Assembly (NCBI GenBank): GCA_964016885.1
Contig: OZ024740.1
Location: 394,816,001-394,880,000, forward strand
Reading direction: 5' to 3'
Source: Eledone cirrhosa
Taxonomy: Eukaryota
Length of the DNA: 64,000 bases
Positions 52,933-64,000 of this stretch are shown in pieces; the stretch's first letter is position 1; the number at the start of each line of letters is the position of its first letter. The position numbers and the translations under genes were made by a program. The notes beneath the pieces were generated by a model that saw only the letters and a program-made list of their open reading frames with translations, ran no database searches and was not told the DNA's origin.

Positions 52933-55146
52933 CTACATTTTAAATTTAAATTTATATTTAAACGTTGAGTTTAATCTATGTTTGCAACAACTGAATAAAT
53001 TTGTCCGTAGGTTAAGGGAATTTTTAGATTTTAGTATAAAGAATATCTCCTCTGCGCAGAGGTCACATGTCTCAGAGGATGAATTAAAAGGAATCCCTCT
53101 TGAGACTATATTCCAAGCCGTCGAATATCTAACGTTATCTAGCTTAAGTTGCCAGAGTACCCCTGATAGTGCCGTTGAAGATTTTTTATTTGGATCTGTG
53201 AAAGAATTCTTGTGGTTATTATAGCAAAGTTTAAATTCCGTCGATGTGGAACCGACGTAGTTAAAAGAATTAGAGTCAGTATTAACATTACAATTGTATA
53301 CTATATTTTTAACTAAGCAGTTGTTATTTAACGGACATTTAGATCTATCTCTACAGTTACATTTGTTAACTTGTATATTATTTATGCTATTATCAGTAGG
53401 TTTTAAGTTCCTATTATTTATTCTATTAATATTTTGTGCTAAATTTTTGGTGAATGAGTAGGTTAATTTAATTGTATGCCTATTGAAGATTGAGTGATAC
53501 CTATGTGTTCTAGGGAAGCGATTATCAAGAGCTTTGAAAAATAATTTAGCGATGTGGGTTTTAATGTTTAGTGAGAAAGGGGGGGCAAACCAAATTATGT
53601 TCCTAGTTCTATTTCTTTTTTGTCCTTTGGAATTCTTGTAATGCTTTCTATTATAGTTGTTAATGTTGTTGCCGTAATTAAAAAAGTTGTTACTTTGTTT
53701 AGTTTGTCTATCATTATCTATGTACACAATCTTATCAGCATACCCTGCCCTAGCTAGTGCATCATTATAGTATTGGGCCTTTTCGTCAAAAATCTTTCTA
53801 TTCGACGAGATCCTAGAGATACGTTTTTGGACTGAGTTTACTATAGCGTTTTTGACAGATCTTGGGTGGTTAGAGTTAAAGTTGACATAGTTTAAGTTTT
53901 CATTCAACTTGTGAAAAGGATAGTGGAGACATGTGTTGAGATTTAATGTTATATCTAGGAAATTGACTATTCTATGGTTGTTCTCAATTTCTATTTTAAG
54001 GTTAAAGTAATTAAAAAAATTTGTAATTTGTTTACATTTTCTATTTAGTTCAGGGTTATTATTATTAATAAGTAAAAGCATGTCATCCCTATATAAACCT
54101 CCGGTAGTACCAGGTATTTTCCTATGTAGCGAATTGATTAAAAATAAGCCCACAAGGTCAGTTACCTGAGCTGAGTCGGAAGATCCCATAGTTATGTCAA
54201 AATTGCTATCTCTATCTGCTCGGGTCCATAATTTGTCATTAAATTCTATCAAAGTTTTCCTAGCCGATAATATAATATGCATTTCTTTGCTAGTTAGGTC
54301 CGTATGTTTGAATGCGTAATTTAGTGCCTTATTTAGTAGACTAGGGGTAATAGAAGAATAATAGTTAGCTATATCAAGTTGAATAAACCTATTATTATTG
54401 TCATATTTAATTTGCCTAAACCACTCAACAACCTCTCCAGTTCCCTTCCACAAGCTCAGGTTAGATACACAATCCAAGTTCTTAATTTGCAGTATCACCC
54501 TGTCAAGAATGTTTTTGCTTAATTTTCCCAGGTCCGATTTTGAAGGTGCGATCAATCTAACTGGCAGGTCATTTTCAAAATTCCTCTTGTGGTCCTTCAT
54601 ATTGATCTTCGGTTTCCTGGGCACAAAAGGTTGTGTTCTGTTCTCAATTTCCAACTCATGCATTATACAAGATGCTTCAACATTCATTTTCTCAAGTTCG
54701 GCCTTATCTGCTACCTTGTATTTTTTCCTCAGCTCTTTCAGTATGAGGCCATTATACATGTCTTTCCGCACTCCATAGAGGTTGTTGGTCTTGTCGGATT
54801 TCACCAAGATCTTCTCAGTTTTCTCTAAGCTCTCAATGTTATCCTTAATGCCTTTCAGATATTCCTGGCCTTTAAAGTTTCTCTTGAATTTGACCCCTTG
54901 TATGATAGAAATTATATCGTTTTCAAAGTCAGATAAAAGTTTGTTAGGGGGTGGATTTCTTTTAGATTTGAAAACTTTGTTTAAGTCCGAGATATTTTCG
55001 TCTGCATTAGATTTATCAAAGTGGAATGCACGCCACCTGATTCTCCTTATAAAAGAGTCAGATTTATCTATTAGTTGTTTTACAAAGTCTTTGTTTCTAG
55101 GTAGAGGTATGTCTTTTAGAGAGGAAGTAATCTTAAAGAATTCCAT
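52933..55146 (-). CDS. PLE polyprotein: reverse transcriptase plus C-terminal GIY-YIG endonuclease (737 aa; Hydra-clade-type motifs)
   Basis: KSDKTN, motif A FIQLDIANYYSSI, B' TMGSSDSAQV, C LYRDD, E VNFLDITL; CxCx5C linker, NIVY..YVGST, CDLC, terminal CKH. Clade assignment is recalled from the literature, not from a phylogeny. Confidence 0.95.
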   Translation of the reverse strand: MEFFKITSSLKDIPLPRNKDFVKQLIDKSDSFIRRIRWRAFHFDKSNADENISDLNKVFKSKRNPPPNKLLSDFENDIISIIQGVKFKRNFKGQEYLKGIKDNIESLEKTEKILVKSDKTNNLYGVRKDMYNGLILKELRKKYKVADKAELEKMNVEASCIMHELEIENRTQPFVPRKPKINMKDHKRNFENDLPVRLIAPSKSDLGKLSKNILDRVILQIKNLDCVSNLSLWKGTGEVVEWFRQIKYDNNNRFIQLDIANYYSSITPSLLNKALNYAFKHTDLTSKEMHIILSARKTLIEFNDKLWTRADRDSNFDITMGSSDSAQVTDLVGLFLINSLHRKIPGTTGGLYRDDMLLLINNNNPELNRKCKQITNFFNYFNLKIEIENNHRIVNFLDITLNLNTCLHYPFHKLNENLNYVNFNSNHPRSVKNAIVNSVQKRISRISSNRKIFDEKAQYYNDALARAGYADKIVYIDNDRQTKQSNNFFNYGNNINNYNRKHYKNSKGQKRNRTRNIIWFAPPFSLNIKTHIAKLFFKALDNRFPRTHRYHSIFNRHTIKLTYSFTKNLAQNINRINNRNLKPTDNSINNIQVNKCNCRDRSKCPLNNNCLVKNIVYNCNVNTDSNSFNYVGSTSTEFKLCYNNHKNSFTDPNKKSSTALSGVLWQLKLDNVRYSTAWNIVSRGIPFNSSSETCDLCAEEIFFILKSKNSLNLRTNLFSCCKHRLNSTFKYKFKFKM

Positions 55147-55311
55147 TTTTCAGTTATAATATAAAGCGCTCAACAGTATTGGAGCAAGATACATGTAAAG
55201 TTATATTTAAAATTGTTGGGTTACAACTAGTAAATATTTATAACTGATATAAAAGCACTCGACAAATATTTGGAGTATATTTACAATATTAAATAAATGG
55301 AAAACTATATT

Positions 55312-55410
55312 TATAAAACCATATTTATTTCATTATATATATTTCGGGGATATCATATTAACAATATGCTATGCCTTCATCAGACAAAATACAATATAAA
55401 CAGTTTTATA
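55312..55410 (-). ncRNA. Hammerhead ribozyme in the upstream tandem pseudo-LTR
   Basis: Matches 51386-51484 at an offset of 3926 nt; TCATCAG at 55377-55383. Confidence 0.75.
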
Positions 55411-55633
55411 GATAAATATATTCGACATACCGTAATAAACATCAACTTCATTTGAAGAGGTTTACGCTAGCAGTGAAAATACAGAGAGAAAGAAAGAGAG
55501 AAAGAAAAGAGGGGAAAAAAAGAAAGAAAGACAAAACGAAGAAAAGGAAGAAAAAGAAGAAAAAGAAAAAGAAGAAATGCATGGAACAAAATAGAGAGAT
55601 GGAAAAATAGATAAAGCGAAGAGCTTCATGTAA

Positions 55634-57727
55634 TTCCACTTTGATAAATCTAATGCAGACGAAAATATCTCGGACTTAAACAAAGTTTTCAAATCTAAAA
55701 GAAATCCACCCCCTAACAAACTTTTATCTGACTTTGAAAACGATATAATTTCTATCATACAAGGGGTCAAATTCAAGAGAAACTTTAAAGGCCAGGAATA
55801 TCTGAAAGGCATTAAGGATAACATTGAGAGCTTAGAGAAAACTGAGAAGATCTTGGTGAAATCCGACAAGACCAACAACCTCTATGGAGTGCGGAAAGAC
55901 ATGTATAATGGCCTCATACTGAAAGAGCTGAGGAAAAAATACAAGGTAGCAGATAAGGCCGAACTTGAGAAAATGAATGTTGAAGCATCTTGTATAATGC
56001 ATGAGTTGGAAATTGAGAACAGAACACAACCTTTTGTGCCCAGGAAACCGAAGATCAATATGAAGGACCACAAGAGGAATTTTGAAAATGACCTGCCAGT
56101 TAGATTGATCGCACCTTCAAAATCGGACCTGGGAAAATTAAGCAAAAACATTCTTGACAGGGTGATACTGCAAATTAAGAACTTGGATTGTGTATCTAAC
56201 CTGAGCTTGTGGAAGGGAACTGGAGAGGTTGTTGAGTGGTTTAGGCAAATTAAATATGACAATAATAATAGGTTTATTCAACTTGATATAGCTAACTATT
56301 ATTCTTCTATTACCCCTAGTCTACTAAATAAGGCACTAAATTACGCATTCAAACATACGGACCTAACTAGCAAAGAAATGCATATTATATTATCGGCTAG
56401 GAAAACTTTGATAGAATTTAATGACAAATTATGGACCCGAGCAGATAGAGATAGCAATTTTGACATAACTATGGGATCTTCCGACTCAGCTCAGGTAACT
56501 GACCTTGTGGGCTTATTTTTAATCAATTCGCTACATAGGAAAATACCTGGTACTACCGGAGGTTTATATAGGGATGACATGCTTTTACTTATTAATAATA
56601 ATAACCCTGAACTAAATAGAAAATGTAAACAAATTACAAAATTTTTTAATTACTTTAACCTTAAAATAGAAATTGAGAACAACCATAGAATAGTCAATTT
56701 CCTAGATATAACATTAAATCTCAACACATGTCTCCACTATCCTTTTCACAAGTTGAATGAAAACTTAAACTATGTCAACTTTAACTCTAACCACCCCAGA
56801 TCTGTCAAAAACGCTATAGTAAACTCAGTCCAAAAACGTATCTCTAGGATCTCGTCGAATAGAAAGATTTTTGACGAAAAGGCCCAATACTATAATGATG
56901 CACTAGCTAGGGCAGGGTATGCTGATAAGATTATGTACATAGATAATGATAGACAAACTAAACAAAGTAACAACTTTTTTAATTACGGCAACAACATTAA
57001 CAACTATAATAGAAAGCATTACAAGAATTCCAAAGGACAAAAAAGAAATAGAACTAGGAACATAATTTGGTTTGCCCCCCCTTTCTCACTAAACATTAAA
57101 ACCCACATCGCTAAATTATTTTTCAAAGCTCTTGATAATCGCTTCCCTAGAACACATAGGTATTACTCAATCTTCAATAGGCATACAATTAAATTAACCT
57201 ACTCATCCACCAAAAATTTAGCACAAAATATTAATAGAATAAATAATAGGAACTTAAAACCTACTGATAATAGCATAAATAATATACAAGTTAACAAATG
57301 TAACTGTAGAGATAGATCTAAATGTCCGTTAAATAACAACTGCTTAGTTAAAAATATAGTATACAATTGTAATGTTAATACTGATTCTAATTCTTTTAAC
57401 TACGTCGGTTCCACATCGACGGAATTTAAACTTCGCTATAATAACCACAAGAATTCTTTCACAGATCCAAATAAAAAATCTTCAACGGCACTATCAGGGG
57501 TACTCTGGCAACTTAAGCTAGATAACGTTAGATATTCGACGGCTTGGAATATAGTCTCAAGAGGGATTCCTTTTAATTCATCCTCTGAGACATGTGACCT
57601 CTGCGCAGAGGAGATATTCTTTATACTAAAATCTAAAAATTCCCTTAACCTACGGACAAATTTATTCAGTTGTTGCAAACATAGATTAAACTCAACGTTT
57701 AAATATAAATTTAAATTTAAAATGTAG
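55634..57727 (+). pseudogene. 5'-truncated inverted copy of the PLE ORF (lacks the first ~40 aa and start codon)
   Basis: Open from FHFDKSNAD, preceded by an in-frame TAA at 55631-55633; five amino-acid differences from the minus copy. Confidence 0.9.
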
Positions 57728-58792
57728 TATATTTAGTTTGATTTGTATTTATATGTGAACTAGCCGATAAATCTTTTAATTCCTAAATCTTTGATTCCCT
57801 CTTTTTACTCTTTTTATTGTTTATTTTATTTTATTTATTTTTTATTTTTATTTTTATCTAAACATTCCTCATGAAAAATTAAGCTACCCTAAAAGCCGAT
57901 GCTCCAAATTTTTTGAATTAACCTTACACTAGATAAACTTCTATATTAAATATAGGAACATATGTAGACATTATTGGACATCATAATCTTTTTTGCGATA
58001 TTCTTTGCTAGATGTGATTTGATAGATAATTTTTGGCTTTGTCTTGTAATGAACTTGGCAATATATTGTCAATTAACTTTGAAGGGTTGTTCTTTGTGGT
58101 TTATTTTTATTTTCATTTTTATTTATTTTTATTTTTATTTTTATTCTTAGTATTGTAGTATTCTATAATATTTTTATTTTTTATTTTATTTTATTTTTAA
58201 TATTTTTATATGTAAATTTTTAATACGTAATATTTTTTAATACGTAGTATTTTTAATATGCAATATTTTTATTATGTAATATTCTTTCGTAATATTTTTT
58301 TAGTTTTCTATTCTATATTTTTATATATTTTTACTTATTATTATTATTATTGTTATCTTTGTTTATAATATAATATATATTTTCGATTAGTATATTGAAA
58401 TCTGCTCTCTATTTCTGCTTGATAGATAATCTTGTAGAGTAATCGCAAGAATAATAATACGCTCAAATTTTTATACCACATTGAGAATGTTTTCCGGTAA
58501 CTTAGAGTTTGCGGAGTGAATCAGTTGGATTCACATTGATGTTTATAGCTGTCACATAGACATATGAATTTTTTAAAACTAAACATAAGATAATGAATTT
58601 TCACACATTGTGAATACTTGTTTCATTCAGGAATACTGATATTTACAATATAGTGTAAGTTTTATAAATACTAATACATTAAAACATAGGGTTTTCTACG
58701 CCTCGAATATGTCTGGCTATTTTTAAAATTTTTTTCTCTCTCTATATCTCTCTATATCTCTCTATATATCTCCCTTACATTAATACTTGAGC

Positions 58793-58831
<39 letters not shown>

Positions 58832-59161
58832 ATGTATCATTGATACACTTACTCAAAATGACCTCCCACTACCTAATTTTCTATATATATATGTATCTAT
58901 CTCTATTTCCTCTCTCTATATATATATATATATCTTTCTGTCTCTTTACATGAAGCTCTTCGCTTTATCTATTTTTCCATCTCTCTATTTTGTTCCATGC
59001 ATTTCTTCTTTTTCTTTTTCTTCTTTTTCTTCCTTTTCTTCGTTTTGTCTTTCTTTCTTTCTTCTTTTTTCCCTCTTTTCTTTCTCTCTGTATTTTCACT
59101 GCTAGCGTAAACCTCTTCAAATGAAGTTGATGTTTATTACGGTATGTCGAATATATTTATC

Positions 59162-59260
59162 TATAAAACTGTTTATATTGTATTTTGTCTGATGAAGGCA
59201 TAGCATATTGTTAATATGATATCCCCGAAATATATATAATGAAATAAATATGGTTTTATA
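59162..59260 (+). ncRNA. Type I hammerhead ribozyme in the inverted pseudo-LTR
   Basis: Stem I TATAAAAC..ATATTGTATTTTGT/ATGAAATAAATAT..GTTTTATA; CTGATGA 59189-59195; stem II CATATT-gtt-AATATG; GAAA 59227-59230; palindromic ATATATAT stem III; cleavage predicted after 59238. Confidence 0.75.
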
Positions 59261-59288
59261 AATATAGTTTTCCATTTATTTAATATTG

Positions 59289-59578
<290 letters not shown>

Positions 59579-59579
59579 G

Positions 59580-60186
59580 GTGGCTACCAACTCGTTTTCG
59601 AGTACGGCCACTACTTTATATCCATGTAGGAGAACCCCTACCGATGCGCTGAATGAGTGTGACGTTTTAGTTCAGCCAGCGACTTGAAAACTCTGGTACA
59701 AACACTACACTTGTGAAAATTACTGACACATAGTGCTGGGCCCATGGTACCATGTGATGACAAGTGCAGAGAGATCTCCAGATACAAAGCAAAGCCTGTG
59801 CCGTGAAGCTTTTATAGTGAGCAAAAGCACTGCACAAAGCCAGTCCCAATCTCTTAACCAAGATGATATTTACCAAAAAGAAGAACAAGTCATCATCATT
59901 GGATACTATCAGGGTTACAGGTGTTATATAAGAGTTTTCCTTCTCCTAGAATTCTGCCTTGACAAAGGCTAAGGAGTCATCTTTCCCGGTGATTTTGGAT
60001 GGCCATTGACTCTTAAGAGCTCCTTTGCCCTTTGACAGGTTTTGTTTTTACTCCTGCAGGATGTCCAAAGTCACCCTCCTCACCAAGAAACCTTGGTGGG
60101 GTTGCCAGTTTAGTCGCCAACGACTCGACCATGAGACAGGTTGTACTGTGATACATGTTACCAGTAGCACCAACTGGTGACCTGAC
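59580..60186 (-). mobile_element. Interspersed repeat, probable RTE 5' region
   Basis: Reverse-complement similarity to ~10030-10130, ~10250-10300 and ~10610-10750. Confidence 0.5.
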
Positions 60187-60198
60187 ATATATATATAT

Positions 60199-60394
60199 AT
60201 AGGGAACAAGTATGACCCCGACGGCAGAACTCAAACCGTTTCGACGGCTAATTATGGAGTCCAGAATTAGCCGTCGAAACGGCTTGAGCTCTGCCGTCGG
60301 GGTCATACTTGTTCCTATTACCCGCTCTACTACCTTAAGTATTGAGTACTTTGGTGCGTTATGGTCCATCTGGTTCCTTACCACATTTCCTTCG

Positions 60395-60395
<1 letters not shown>
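60199..60395 (+). mobile_element. Short hairpin-plus-tail insert, family A
   Basis: Arms 60199-60253/60265-60318, tail 60319-60395; GAAA-CGGC..GCCG-TC at 60276-60298; (TA)n on both sides. Confidence 0.75.
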
Positions 60396-60471
<76 letters not shown>

Positions 60472-60494
60472 TATAATATATATACATATATATA

Positions 60495-60545
<51 letters not shown>

Positions 60546-60548
60546 TAC

Positions 60549-60581
<33 letters not shown>

Positions 60582-60590
60582 ATATACATA

Positions 60591-60666
<76 letters not shown>

Positions 60667-61739
60667 AGATTTGAAGATATGTCATGGCACTTGTCAAATA
60701 CTTCTCTCAGAATGTCGGTATTTTGTCAATTCAAGAGACTTTCTTTCCAGTTGATGTCTTTTTTTTTTCTTAAATGGTCGGGCAATTTCTATTGCTGTTA
60801 TTTTTAATCAGTTTTGCTCTTGGGTGTCTCCTCATTTGGCATCGGTATTGTTTCCTCTTTCTTTCATTCTTTCTTTCTTTCTTTTTTATCTATCTATCTT
60901 TCGTTCTTCGTTTCTTTCATTCTTTCTTTCTTTTTTCCTTCATTCTTTATTTTTCTTTCTTTAACCTAATCCATTGTATTCTCAAGATTCATGTTTTATA
61001 TATACGAGTTTTGTTGCTTTATTTGTTCATATTTCGTTAGTTATTATGGTGGTTATATGAAGACGGTAGATTGGCAGAAACATTAGAGTGTTAGAAATAT
61101 TGTTTTGCGGTATTAATGACAATTATTTACCTCCTGAGTTCAAGTTAAGTACTAGGGTCGTCTATACCTTCTCATCAAACCGAGGTCAACTTTACTTTTC
61201 GTCCTTCCAGATTCGATGAAATAAAATCAAGTATTGAGAAAGAGAGAGGGAGAGAGTGTGGGAGAAAGTGAGAGGGGGGAGAGATAGAGAGAGACAAGCA
61301 TGTGTGAGTGCCTAAGCCATTCGTTTGCCAACTAGATGGTTTAGTATATTTTTACCTTGGTTAACTAATATGTTTTCAGTAGTATTTGGTTGATAGTAAT
61401 TACTCAGAAGCCCGTGGTATACAAATATGTGATGTGTGTGCTTCTGTCTATAACTAGCCAATATTATCAAAAGTTGTTTTTAGCCAATCCATAATATATA
61501 GATTGATGAAACATGTACCAAGGTGAAATAATAACGATGTAGTTACCGAAAACCCTGAAATGCGATGCCCCAGCACGACCGCAGTCCAGTGATTGAAACC
61601 AGGAAAATAATGAAAAAATATATTCCATGCTATTTACTTAATGAGTGATGAACATTTGCTGGAGATACTTATTTGCATAAAGTGACACTTGACTGGTTAA
61701 AATTAATTAGCAGTAGCACTAAGATAGCGTTAAGCATAG

Positions 61740-62806
61740 TAGGGTATATATGAAAGCATATACTATATGTTTATATGCAATAAACATATGGAAACCTTGC
61801 TGTCCAAAAAATGTTTTCTTTACGGAAGAATTAGTTTTCTCGCTTTTGTTCTGTGGACACGTCACGGAATGAGAATCTCCAGTAAATTTTCATCACGCAA
61901 ATTGTGTGTAGAAACTAGTCTATTTCCATAGACGGTTGAGTGAATGTTACTAATCATGAATGTTACTATTCATGAAACAGCACTGTCTAGCATTCTCGAC
62001 TGCTACTGACATATTCACAAAACAAAAGCGAGAAAAATATTTTATTCGTAACGAAAAAATATATTTTGGCACACTATCGGAGGAATTTTGCATGAGGACT
62101 TTCGATAAAAGATATATGTGGTGCGGAGAGGCCAATTCCTGTCTGCAAAGACAAACGATAACCATCTGATCCACGCAAAACACTTGTTGAGCAAGTTGAA
62201 ATATAAGCAGCATAGAATGTTTGGGGCTATCTATGATGAGAAAAACCTTGATCACAACCAAAAAGGTCAACTAACGGAATCACAGATAGTTATGCAGATA
62301 CCATAAAGAGGTTCCAAAGGTCATGTACACAATAATTCTGGAAAATGTGTTGGGTTTGGAAGTTGTCAGCAACAAAGGAGATACCATGCCTCCTCGCTTC
62401 TTTCCTCGGTGCTCAAGGGTAAATTCTGTCGAATATAAGGAGGTGTTGGATAAGTTTGTGTCACTTTAGATAGAGAGTGTGAGCAAAGGAAGACCGTATA
62501 GCTATCAATAAGACATTCTGCACCGTCTCATAAGGCCAAGACGACCTAACAATGAATGAGTTACAATCTCCACGATCACGTCACCGCAAAACATATATCC
62601 TCTTAGCTCTCCAAACCTGAAACCGTTTGACTACTACGTATGGAGCATAATCGAGAGGAAAATCAATCAACGCTACATAACACTATAAAATATCTGTGAC
62701 TGCATTGAGTAGATGCATCAAGAAGAATCCCATAGCTCTTCTGTCATGACTTATGAGTTTTTTTACTAAATTCATTCAAATATCCTCAAAGAACTGAGAG
62801 ACCCTG
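61740..62806 (+). mobile_element. Degenerate Tc1/mariner (DD37D/maT-like) transposon
   Basis: Broken frames give DEKN, VVSNKGDTMPPRFFP, SAPSHKAKTT and SPNLKPFDYYVWSIIER; right end GAGAGACCCTG|TA; left end approximate. Confidence 0.75.
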
Positions 62807-63179
62807 TATATATGGCATTCGATGCTGTATTGCGGAGGTAAATCTTACACTATGTTTACAATACAAATTGTTTCGTGCAATTTTATTTCTGCATTACTAC
62901 AGAGAAAATATTCTGTACAATTTTTACATTCGCCTCAATGTGAGTGTGAGCGGCGTGCATGATTGAAGATTGCGGTGTATTTGCTCTGCAGCAAGATGAA
63001 CGAAATATATCGTATAATAAACATCGCGTAAGAATAGTGCTTCCGTAAATTATTATACAGACAGAAAGGCGGACGAACGTGTGTACAGACTGCTGTTGAA
63101 TGGATGGATGCATGCAGGGATACATAGGTAAATGGATAGGGACTGCCGGTCAGACAGAAAGAGAGACCTACAAGTAGAT

Positions 63180-64000
63180 AAATTTCTTTATTAGCCACAA
63201 GGGCACAAAAGAAGGGGACAAATACAAATGGGGAGTTTACATACAGGTATATGAAAATAAACTATTAATACAATAACAAATAACAATTGAAATCCCCAAT
63301 AGGGGTGAGGCGTTACACAGGGGTTGTACACACCCCAAAAAAATGTACAACCCTCATCTCCAGGAGCACCAAGAGCGAGTACTCCCTTCCTCTCTTCCTC
63401 TTTTTCCTCAACCTACAGGCTTATATAGAGAGAAGGCCCAACCACTCGCGCCATCTTTGCCACATTCACCCACCTTTTATAAAACTTGCTGGGGTACAGC
63501 ACCTCTCTCTCCATCCTGATTCTTCTTCCAAAATGATATTTGAAAAAACGAATCAGTTGTTCGCCGGAGAGAAAGGTGTCTGAACTCAGCCCTTTTAACC
63601 TAGTCCACCATATAACCTCTTTCACCATGGCCATAACACATAGGAAAACCGCCTCTCCTTCGTTTTTGAAGGAGGGTGGAGGTTTGATCATGACAATGGA
63701 CTCGGTGGTCAACTGGATTGGTCCCACCCGCGACAATAGTCGTTCTACATAGCCCCACAGGTCGGTAACGCCCGGTCAGTGTACAAATGCGTGCGCGACG
63801 GTTCCTCCTCGCGCACGCATCTCGGACAGATCTTTTTCGAAGGGTCCCTGCCCGGGTGCCCGTGTCTGTAGAGCTTGTCTCGAACTGGGAGAGCTCCTCG
63901 GTAGCACTGCCAGGCCAGGGACTTTTGGTAGTTGTCCATTGGTCCCGGGCGGAAGGTCCTACCGAACAGACTGGCCAGTTCGTCCTCCTCTACGCCTAGA
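63180..64000 (-). pseudogene. Tx1/L1-clade LINE 3' end (zinc-finger C-terminus and 3' UTR), continuing past the window
   Basis: SLAWQCYRGALPVRDKL..CPRC..E..H, then VKEVIWWTR..FYKRWV after a frameshift. Confidence 0.8.

Noticed and set aside
52982-57678. Antisense ORFs overlapping the PLE ORFs (e.g. 54398-54778, 54782-55159, 55882-56262)
   Set aside because: Shadow frames of the RT ORF, duplicated only because of the inverted repeat.
55853-57727. 624-aa ORF as an independent gene
   Set aside because: The called start is a non-ATG codon inside a 5'-truncated copy; homology to the full ORF begins at 55633 after an in-frame stop.

Overview
AT-rich, microsatellite-dense metazoan DNA; the SINE content is suggestive of an octopod cephalopod (inference). 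No host protein-coding gene can be supported, and most ORFs in the track are (TA)n/(CA)n translations. The window is made up of transposon remnants: tRNA-derived SINEs, RTE, Tx1, CR1/L2-like, R4/Dong and CRE-like LINE fragments, hAT and Tc1/pogo MITEs, two non-autonomous Helitrons, and pogo and DD37D fossils. The dominant signal is a Penelope-like element (PLE) and hammerhead-ribozyme (HHR) system. (1) A young 8-kb head-to-head insertion of an RT + GIY-YIG element with Hydra-clade-type motifs sits at 51263-59290 and carries three HHR-bearing pseudo-LTRs. (2) A second, truncated PLE family at 30943-32691 has a variant CAGAAGA hammerhead. (3) About ten short 'hairpin plus unpaired 50-90 nt tail' inserts from at least five families sit in (TA)n tracts, and most contain a whole or half hammerhead. 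(4) A ~440-460 nt non-coding, longer-than-unit repeat with an intact minimal hammerhead (1892-2400) looks like a retrozyme. All calls are by eye; no alignments or database searches were run.
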